From contig MCFE01000690.1 in the NCBI GenBank assembly GCA_002104905.1, positions 1 through 44,725 of the forward strand: a DNA stretch of 44,725 nucleotides, given 5' to 3'. The stretch comes from Basidiobolus meristosporus CBS 931.73 (Eukaryota > Fungi > Basidiobolomycota). The notes under the pieces are model-generated. The model did not search any database. It saw only the letters and a program-made list of their open reading frames with translations, and was not told where the DNA came from. Below, one piece after another: positions 35,798 through 44,725 of this stretch (within the stretch, counting starts at the first letter, position 1; each line of letters starts with the position of its first letter). A program made the position numbers and the translations under genes.

Positions 35798-36495
35798 TGT
35801 TGTGCATCAACATTTAAAACTTAGCCAATTTTACTCCGTTTGAAAATCTAGTACCCTAACTGATTTTCCCTAACCCAAACATAACAAATCCCAGTTACAG
35901 TTTATTTTATCCCACCTCAGAATCTATTTTTAGCTATCACACCTGATCTATTTTCAAATGGTCATTACGTTATCAACCTATCTGCCAAGCCTTCCCAGGT
36001 GATTAGTCATCTGAGATCTATCCAACCACGGTGCAGTTGCCAAGACATCAGTTGATTGATGATGTAATTTTCATTTATCATATGCACCTATGAACACCCA
36101 AATTTATCTCAATCAATCCAGTCCCTTGGCGCTTACTAAGTCAACTTGATCAGAAAAGTATAAATAAAGTTTACTGAACCTTTTGGTTTAGTGTGTGTCT
36201 CAACAAAATTAAGATTCTGTCTCAGCAAAAATAAGAATCCAACAATTCCGTTCTAGTTTCTATCCAAGCCTAGTATATCTAGCACTCCAAAGAACACCAA
36301 GCCTAGCCTGCCTAGCAAACAAATATCATTGTCTTTATAGCCAACCCAGCTATATCCAAGACCAATATTAGATCAGAATCTTTCTGCTAATATTTCCGCC
36401 ACTCTCTGACAATTCTAAGATTCTGCACTTAATTGTCCCTTTGGTTCAGTTAAACCATTCAAGAGTTTTTATTACACTTTCTCTTGGATACAACA
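35798..36495 (+). repeat. D2 3' LTR (698 bp)
   Basis: TGTTGT...ACAACA inverted termini, preceded by GGAAGGAAGTGA. Confidence 0.93.
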
Positions 36496-38280
36496 GATGG
36501 GTCTTCAAGACAAAATACAAGGCTGATGGTACAATTGAAAGATACAAACCAAGACTTGTAGCCAAAGGATACTCTCAAACAAAAGGACTTGACTATACTG
36601 AGACCTTTGCACTGGTAGCCAAGTTTAATTCCATTGGATTAATACTGACTATTGCAGCCAAATATAAGTTTTTTATTCATCAAGTGGATGTAAAAACTGC
36701 ATATTTGAATGAAGAACTTGATGAGGACATGTATATGGACCAGCCTGATGGGTTTGTTGACCAAGATAACCCCCATTTGGTCTGCAAGCTTAAATAGTCA
36801 CTATATGGTCTCAAACAATCACCAAGAGCCTGGAATTGCAAGATAGATTCTTATTTGGAATCCTTGAGATTCAAAAGAAGTAATGCTGACTATAGTATAT
36901 ACTATAAGCCAGATAGAACAAGTCCTGTTCTATTAGCTCTATATGTGGATGATCTTATTATAGCCACCAATAACCTAGAAACATTGGAAGAGACTAAATC
37001 CAGCCTATCTAGGGAGTTCAAGATGTCTGATTTAGGAGAACTTAGTTACTACTTAGGGATTAAGTTCTCCATAGACAGAAGTACCCAGACTATTACCCTA
37101 AGCCAATCCAAGTATATTCAAGATCACTAAAGAAGTACAAAATGGAAGACTGTAAACCGGCAGCTACCCCAATGGAGACAAACCTTAACTTGGTCAAAAT
37201 CAACCAAATCAAGAGAGCTTGGTGCCATCTGAAAGCCCTAACTTTCCTTATCAATCTATAGTCGGCAGTTGGATGTATATCATGCTTGGAACACGTCCAG
37301 ATATCTCATATTCAGTGGGAGTTGTCAGCCAACATAATCAGAACTATGGATCTGATCATATTGCAGCAGTTAAGCGGATTTTTAGATACCTAAAAGGAAC
37401 TGCTGATATTTGCTTAAGATACACTTATAAGGACTCAGAACAAGATCTTGTGGGATACTCTGATGCAGATTGGGGATGAAATTTAGAAGACACAAGATCC
37501 ACCACAGGATACACCTTTCTTTACTGTAAAGGAGCAATTTCATGGAATTCAAGAAAGCAACCAACCGTAGCACTTTCCACCACAGAGGCAGAGTATATGG
37601 CAGCCTGTGAAGCTACAAAAGAAGCAATGTGGTTAAGAAAGCTGTTTACAGATTTAGGCTTATGTCAAAAAAGGCCTATTACTTTATTTCAGGATAATCA
37701 AGGATGTATACAATTAGGTAGAAATCCAACTTTTCATGCTAGAACCAAGCACATAGATATTAGACATCATTTCATACATGAAGCTATAGAGAATAACTTA
37801 GTTAGCTTAGTTTACTGTCCTACAGATGAAATGATTGCAGACATATTTACCAAACCATTGGCTAGAGACAAGTTTGAATATCTTAGGTCAAAATTAGGAC
37901 TAGTCAGTATGAACATTTAGCTGAGTGGGAGTGTTGTAAAAATTTGTATTTCCACCTAAATATTCACCTAGCTTAGTCACTTAGATCAGTACCCTCAAAT
38001 CCTAGAGAATACTGAACAAATTCCTTGTTGGGATTTACTCAGAATATTTTCACCAAAATACCTGGTACCCAGAACATGAAAATTCTCAAAGTTGTCCAAA
38101 CAGCCCCAAACTTTGCCCACATGTTCTTGGGACCTTCCTTAGCCTATTCTACGTGTTTGTAATGCCAAGACCAGGTAAAAGTATAAATACTACTTTTACA
38201 TTCAATAAATCATTAAGTGAAAACCACATAATCTACTTGTTCTCCCTATCACTTCCAATATCTCCAAGACTCTTACAACA
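36496..38280 (+). mobile_element. copia B copy B2: RT-RNase H, PPT (37920-37931) and 3' LTR
   Basis: Colinear with ~14087-15925; ORFs 36855-37130, 37219-37479 and 37597-37920. Confidence 0.93.
37932..38280 (+). repeat. B2 3' LTR
   Basis: TGTTGTAA...TTACAACA after GCTGAGTGGGAG; TATAAATA at 38182-38189. Confidence 0.93.
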
Positions 38281-38326
38281 GTTTCAACTGAAATAAAGAC
38301 TTCACCTGTTGGTGACTGTCTCCCCC
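38281..38326 (+). repeat. ~46-bp direct repeat, copy 1
   Basis: gtttcaactgaaataaagacttcacctgttggtgactgtctccccc. Confidence 0.85.
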
Positions 38327-39065
38327 ACCTTTCCTTCCTATTGGACTAGACTCTGGAGCACACCTGAAGACAAGAATTATCCTGGCAAGACAGGCACTCC
38401 ACAAGCTACTGGCTATTACTCCTCCTACAACTTCAGCTCCAAGCTGCCTCCTTCTACTCACACAGTTTGTCTTCCCTGTCCTGGAATTTGGCTTACCACT
38501 TCTCTCTCTTACTTCTAGAGACTGCACTAAGCTTGACAAGTTTGCAGTATGGTGCATTACCTCCTTGGTGCCTCATTTGCCTGAATGCCCCTACAGACAT
38601 GCTATTCTTGGTGCTTCTGGGCTTATGCCCTATAAGATCAGACTTCTCTACCTTAGAACCAGATTATTCCTCAGACTTCACTACTGCAACAACCTACTGA
38701 TTAAGGCCTGGAAGAGAACACACCACACTACACCTGGCTCCTGCTGGAGAACTCTACTTGGAGATCCTGAAGTCAATAAGTTTGCTCTCTATATTCTGCA
38801 GTCAGAAAAGCCCAAGCTGGCCTACCTGAAGTACTTGACAGACCTTTGGCAGCAATATATGAAGCAGCACACTCCCTTTATGATGAATATCAATCCTTTT
38901 CATATTCCCCTCATTAATGTTGTTGACAAATCATTCTTACCCCTCTTGCTACCCCCCTTCCCACTGAACAGTGTCTTGAGCAATGAAGAACCATCATCAC
39001 TTTTTATTAGCTTACCTACAAATTCCCCTCAGCTACACACTCTGGTATCAAAGCTACAACAGTAG
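38316..39065 (+). mobile_element. 5'-truncated non-LTR (LINE-like) retrotransposon, post-RT C-terminal region
   Basis: Stop-free frame of 249 codons: PIGLDSGAHLKTRIILARQAL...LLLTQFVFPVLEFGLPL...LDKF...GLMPYKIRL, typical of the region following the LINE RT core. Confidence 0.65.
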
Positions 39066-39078
39066 TGCTGGCTTTTTT

Positions 39079-39127
39079 GTTTCAACTGAAATAAATATTT
39101 CACCTGTTTGTGACTGTCTCTCCCCCC
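39079..39127 (+). repeat. ~46-bp direct repeat, copy 2
   Basis: gtttcaactgaaataaatatttcacctgtttgtgactgtctctcccccc. Confidence 0.85.
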
Positions 39128-39946
39128 TAAATATAGATTACACCACATGGTGACTTTCCTCCCCCCTAGCCCTTATCTCTGAGACTTATCTATTTTACTC
39201 TCCCATTAACCTGAACTCCAGTGTACTTAACTATAGCTTAGATTTATTCATATTTGTCTTGGTGCTTACTATGGGAACCTTACAATCCCCACTGGCTTCC
39301 TTATTTTTAGATAGACTTATATGATATCAAGTAAGGATCTCACCTACCTTGGTGACTTTCCCTCCCCCTAATCCTGATGGTTCAGTAAAATGAATATTCA
39401 GAAATAGCTGCAAACTTTACAATTTGCATAAGAATTACACTTAGACTCCATAGATAACAAGTGAATAGTATGCAGTCCTTCTGGTAATCTATATACTCAT
39501 TCCAATACCCCCAGGAGTTTTGCAACACTTTAAAGTTCTTTATTTACAAACAGTTTGGTACTTTTTTGCTATCCATTGGTAAAACAACTACACCCTAGCT
39601 CCGCATCACACTCCATTTTTGCATACAGCTGGTTGACCTTATATGTAGACAATTCAATTTCGTTTATTATCTTATATACATTAAGATGCTATATGTAAAG
39701 ATTCTAGCTCTATAACTGAAACCTTCAAGATTAAGCCGTTACCTGAATATGAATACCAGGTCACAAGCTATAAATAACCTTTTCAAAGGTATCTTGACTT
39801 TCTTTGCGTAAGCTTGACCCCAAGTCCCAATATCACTACAATCATAACATATTTCCTTTGAACGAAATGGCCGACATGATTTTATGAATTTACAGAGTCC
39901 TTAGTTATGTATTTGTAACACTCTACAGTCTATATTGGGTATTGAG

Positions 39947-41101
39947 TCAGTGAGCACACACCTGCATTTCGGTTTCACCATCTTTGAGGGTAGCTTCGAG
40001 ACAAGGCGCTCGGAATATCTGGCCTGTATAGATCCTGCACAAGGTTCTGTACGCAACCATGAACCAAATCAATACTAAGCTGCACACAAATAAGGAAGTG
40101 ATTCCCAGGAAAAACCTAGATTCGGTTGCTAAAGCGATATTGAGGGTTCCTGCTGTGAGTACCCCGATCGGGAATGTAAGTCCCCACCAGCCCATGTTGA
40201 AACGGATCCCGGCTCGCTGCCTAACACCAATCGATGCTATAGCAAAGCTTAGATACCAAATCCCGTAGCCCCACAGGAAAAACGCAATAATTACGCAAAC
40301 TGTGAAGGCACTGTTGCCAAACCCAGGCGCATATTTATCCCCAATCACCTTCTGACATGCCCAGCCCATCTCAATGATGCCATATGTTCCTTGGCCTAAT
40401 GGCCCAACAGGGAGAAAAGCAGTAATAACGACATCCTCGGATGGGAAGTCATGGGCTATCAGTCGGTAGAAGTAGATTCCAATCACCGGAAGAGCTAAGG
40501 ACAGCCCACAGCCTAGGGTGATACTAGAAATGGTCAGGATCATGAGGGCTCTGTGACCTTCACTCTCCAGGTAGCGTGAAAGATAACAACCGGATGCCCC
40601 AGTGACCACGGCTGGGACCAATGGTAAAAGCCAAGCTCCGTTTGCCGTCTCTATTTTAAGTAGATGAAATCTCATCATATAGAACGGAATGCCAAATATG
40701 CTGAAAAGCGTGAAGACGAACTCAATCCACCACAGGACATAAGCTAGCTCCAAGGCCCAGGAATGCGTGGGAACCACCACTAGGATAATATAGTTCGTCA
40801 ACGTAGTCAGCCCCATGGGAATGGTACTCAGCATTAGGCACTGGCTGTGCTTAAGCAAAGGAGGTATCGTTTCAGGGAACATTACGATTCTTGCCACAAA
40901 TAGTAGCGTAAACAGACAGAACATGGATACGTTTGCTAGGAAGAAAATCGACCCAATGGCTACCATGCCACGAAATGGGAACGGGAAATTGGCAATTACA
41001 ATACCAGTAATCCCAGTTCCCATGTTCACTGCAAACCAACCTGGAATGAAATTCTTGATAATCTCGCGTGGATGCGAAAGCTCTGCGAAGGGACCTTTCA
41101 T
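39947..41101 (-). CDS. SSU1: TDT/SLAC1-family transporter, Ssu1 (sulfite efflux) type, 384 aa, apparently intronless
   Basis: WFAVNMGTGI, TIPMGL, WLLPLVP, FLPVGPLGQG and WWGLTFPIG motifs; ~10 hydrophobic segments; ATG to TGA; normal CpG. The substrate is inferred from the family. Confidence 0.88.
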   Translation of the reverse strand: MKGPFAELSHPREIIKNFIPGWFAVNMGTGITGIVIANFPFPFRGMVAIGSIFFLANVSMFCLFTLLFVARIVMFPETIPPLLKHSQCLMLSTIPMGLTTLTNYIILVVVPTHSWALELAYVLWWIEFVFTLFSIFGIPFYMMRFHLLKIETANGAWLLPLVPAVVTGASGCYLSRYLESEGHRALMILTISSITLGCGLSLALPVIGIYFYRLIAHDFPSEDVVITAFLPVGPLGQGTYGIIEMGWACQKVIGDKYAPGFGNSAFTVCVIIAFFLWGYGIWYLSFAIASIGVRQRAGIRFNMGWWGLTFPIGVLTAGTLNIALATESRFFLGITSLFVCSLVLIWFMVAYRTLCRIYTGQIFRAPCLEATLKDGETEMQVCAH

Positions 41102-44100
41102 TTTGATGTATACATGACGGAATGACTAGTACTGCATATTTATACTTCTTCACACAACCAACATCCTTGAAGCCGGAAAATGTCACCTCCCTCAATTGGT
41201 AATTTCGGGTTATATTTTCAGTCACACTGACTTTATCGCTTATCATTAAATGTTGAGCTGCCACATTTGACCATATGGGGCGCCATGATCTTATGTCAAA
41301 GATCGGGATTTGAATTAGATTTCTGGCTTACCGAACCTTATCTGTCAGCCAATGGGAATAAATCAAGTCTGCTGTAGACGCACTCAAGCACAGCGCAATA
41401 AAGAAACTTTTCGGTATATTCGTATCAGTAGACTTCCATGAATTTGTGATTTTGATCTATTGGAATTATATTTTTCCATCTCCCTTGACTATGAACGCGA
41501 CATTCAACAACTGTGGGTTTAGAGACTACAGCATAGTACAAAATGCCACTAATCAATGAGTCATTGTACCAAGATCCTATTACAGTCTAGCGCTTCACTG
41601 TTTCCAGTATTGGTTCCAGTATAGCTGTAGAATTGATCAATTTCGGTAAGCAAATCATTTTGGAAATGGGAGAATGTACTGAACTGCTTAATTGATTTTG
41701 GCAAGATATCCATTCAATAATATCCTGAAATTTGGGTGCAATTGACGCAGCATTCTATTTTGGCATATACTTATTGAAAACCTTGGATATAATTAACTGT
41801 ACAGCTACAAAGCTATTGCCAGCACTGTGGAATAAGCACACCGTCTCTACCAGTTAGTGGATTGCTTATAAGAACTGAACTACAACCGAGCCATCTCGAG
41901 CATTAAGCAAGCCATATTGCTAACAAGACATTGTGACTCCTACATTCAGACTAGGGAATTTCCATCGGACTGCAGATTAAGACTGACTATATTTGGTGGC
42001 TCAATGATTTCCCGGGTATTTTCGGAACGCAACGAATTCTCTTCCCGCAATTAGTATTTTCGGACTATATTTTCAGCAAAACTGACTTTACTAGTTAGAT
42101 ATGTAGACTGTTCCATGTTGCCGCCCCAAAGAGTCGAATGGAATAGCCTAAGACTTGTATTTTTGTTGCATGCCGAAGATCTGGATGTGGGGCAGATTAC
42201 AGGCTTAATAACCTTATCTCACAATCCGATGGGAAATAACATATCATGGTTATTTCATTAGCCATTCATTGCGGTTACAGAACATACCTTGCTTTTGGGA
42301 TGCTATAGGTTCTAGCGGATTACACATATGGAGCGAGACTAAGCCTCGCTCCCATGCTCCGAATAACATGAAAATCTTGGTATTTTTCCGTTGTAGTGTA
42401 CGTCTCCACAACGTAGTTGGGATAATTTCAGCGAATCAAACTTGCACTAGGCATATCCATACATTGACCCATTCGGCAAAAATACCTCACCCCATCTATC
42501 ACACTCGGTCATCCAATTGCTATAAAATTATTTCAGTATCCGCATGGTTATTTATGGAAATTGAAGATTTTGATTGGTTAAGGATAATGGTTTCTCCCTA
42601 ATAAGGGGTTGGCAAATCTAAACATGAGTGACGATTGTTCGATTCCAAGTATCGGTGGACGTTGTGTAGCAGCCAAAAAGCAGCGTGGTTTTATGTTTGG
42701 ACAGTAGAACTCATCCAGCCTGTACGAGTATTCAGCTTGGTAATGGAAGAATCTGTAGCTAGACCCTGAAAGTAGCGTATACTCGAAACATCAATGTATA
42801 ACAGCAAATATCTAATAGCGAGAACTACCATCCCCTTACTGATCTCTATTATTTCTTCCTTGCATATTATCGCTGCTTTACCTCTTGGCTATTCGTAAGT
42901 CAGTTAAGGTGCTGAGCCATGTGTTGAGCAAGTGAATGCCTGCTGAAAGGAGGTAACGTTCCTTGAAATAATCATGTGTCGGAAGCGGGTGAGGAGAACA
43001 ACTTCATGACCAGGAAACCGCCAGTACATCTGATTTGCCCGAGGTTGGGATGCTGCAAAGCTCCAGCCATTTCAGACTCTGTCAAGTCTGTGACGTATCT
43101 ACCAACACAATAGGCTTTTTTGATAGGTGTCTACAAAATCACCAATAATTTTGGATTACGTGGGGGTTGGGTACTTCCCATTCGTAACTTATGTATTCAG
43201 TATTCGATCGAAAACGATCTGGAATATACATCCCTAATGAGTCTGGTGCAATACTTGGAATTTCTACTACTGCTAGCAGCTTTGGTCGGGAAAACAAGAT
43301 GCAATCCCATTGTTATTATGGTCGCTATAGGTGGTAAAACGCGCATGCTTTGGCTATGATTAGGACAAAGTTACTGCTAGTCATGGTGGCGTAGAGCTAT
43401 GATAGTATAATGAATTGGCTTTTTGCTCTTGCACGTAGACTCTCCTCGTGGTGGTATGTTGTAAAGTAATTCCACTCTGATAGATAGATGTCATCGAGTT
43501 CGATCTTGACTAATCAAATATACTTGAAAGCGCAGGAGCATGCCAATGGTATAAGTCATAGTTGCGATACCATAGCCCTCAAGGTACACCTGCTGTGAAT
43601 CAACTCCTTAAACATTGACGTCTTGGGCTATTATGCACTTGTTGTTCTGATCATGAAATCTAAGAGCAACAAATTTCCATCCACAAGAACAAAAATCTAG
43701 AAAACCATGAACATAGTTTAGCAAGCTGAAGCTCATTGTCTATTACGATCATGAATATGAGGGATTTTGGCTGCTTTTTAAAGTATCTTTCTAGAACTAG
43801 TATATTTGTTTATTAGACAAGATTATTAGATTTAATTACAAATCGATGGAAATCCGAGAGTGGCATTGGCTAATGTGTAATCAGATTTTCAGTCAAATCA
43901 CTAATCCAATTGATTTTCGAATTCCAAGAAATGAGAAATTTGGTTGTATACTGACATATTGACCAATAGCTGAAATCGCGCACCCACCTTAACTCATCAA
44001 TCCAGAAACAGAGATTACTTGAGGATCTTTGGCTTTGCTGGGAAATGCTAAACTAGGTAAGCTTCAGGACATCTGGGATAATATAAAGTCATCCGTGTAA

Positions 44101-44188
44101 CAACCAACTTCACATTCATTAACTCACTAATTACCTTATCTTCATCCCTCATTAATATACGCTATTCATACAAACAATTCAGACTGAA

Positions 44189-44725
44189 ATGTCGTCAGAG
44201 TTACAGAGTATTAAAGTTTCTCAACCTGACCAGAGCTTCCTATATCGGGCCATCATGCAAATTGAGGGAATGACCTGCTCGTCATGCGTCAAAAGCACGG
44301 AAAAAGCCTTGGCAGCAATCGACTCAATCGTCATAGACTCCATCAGTGTCAGTTCATTGACTGGCCGTGGGCGTAGCCAATTTCACACTTGACGATCGTG
44401 ACAGGCTAAGTAAAGCCATCGAGAAGTCTATCTCAAACATTGGTTACGATTTGGTTGATCTCCAATGGGAGATTATCGCAATCAGTCACAGAACCCAACC
44501 AATTGTACCAACAGAAAGCGAGGAATCTCTGGAGGTATCGTGCTATCATGCAGATCGAGGGGATGACTTGCTCCTCATGTGTCAAACCACGGAAAGGCGT
44601 TGACAGCCATCGAATCCATACTTCCAGAGTCAATCAGTGTCAGTGCACTGACGGGTCGTGGTGTAGCCGTATTCACAAATGGAGATCAAGCAAGTCTTGG
44701 GAAGATCATCGAGGAGGCGATATCC
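44189..44725 (+). CDS. N-terminus of a tandem-HMA protein, probably a P1B copper-transporting ATPase (runs off window; 1-bp indels)
   Basis: Two ~98-aa repeats YRAIMQIEGMTCSSCVK..EKAL...SISVS.LTGRGVA; the first ends IEKSISNIGYD. ATPase core domains are not visible here. Confidence 0.75.

Larger units (their letters stand above)
34714..36495 (+). mobile_element. chromovirus D, copy D2: integrase-chromodomain and complete 3' LTR
   Basis: Homologous to ~19845-21410 but much less decayed. Confidence 0.93.

Noticed and set aside
39365-39410. Hammerhead ribozyme / Penelope element
   Set aside because: CTGATGG departs from the CUGAUGA core, no supporting stems are seen, and the protein looks LINE-like.
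40059-41264. ORFs overlapping the transporter gene
   Set aside because: Shadow frames of a real CDS.
43422-43428. TTTGCTC as a copper-response element
   Set aside because: A single imperfect short motif, expected by chance.
41102-44188. Intergenic ORFs (42269-42601, 43120-43359) and possible RNA genes
   Set aside because: Non-ATG starts, no recognisable motifs, and no tRNA or snoRNA structure found by eye.
1-44725. CRISPR arrays, rRNA/tRNA genes, prokaryotic systems
   Set aside because: No regularly spaced repeats or RNA-gene signatures are seen; the content is eukaryotic retroelement DNA.

Overview
Eukaryotic, most likely fungal, DNA; the species cannot be assigned from sequence alone. 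Positions 1 to ~39.6 kb are a CpG-depleted nest of decayed transposons. It holds two Ty1/copia families (A, B), three Ty3/gypsy families (E; chromovirus D; a tRNA-Lys-primed family C), a CACTA/EnSpm-like DNA transposon whose transposase lies head-to-head with an uncharacterised ~686-codon gene (ORF-X), and a LINE 3' end. Insertion order can be read from LTR ends and target-site duplications (TSDs). The most unusual structures are a circularly permuted ~2.1 kb CACTA fragment inserted into a copia RT, a chain of short microhomology-joined patches, tandem family-C LTRs with CCG(T/C) at all three junctions, and a D/B hybrid LTR. Beyond ~39.6 kb CpG returns abruptly and two host genes are divergently oriented: an intact SSU1-type TDT/SLAC1 transporter and the 5' end of a heavy-metal-associated (HMA)-repeat protein, probably a Cu-ATPase, carrying several 1-bp indels. 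All alignments and counts were made by eye, so boundaries are approximate unless set by TG...CA ends.
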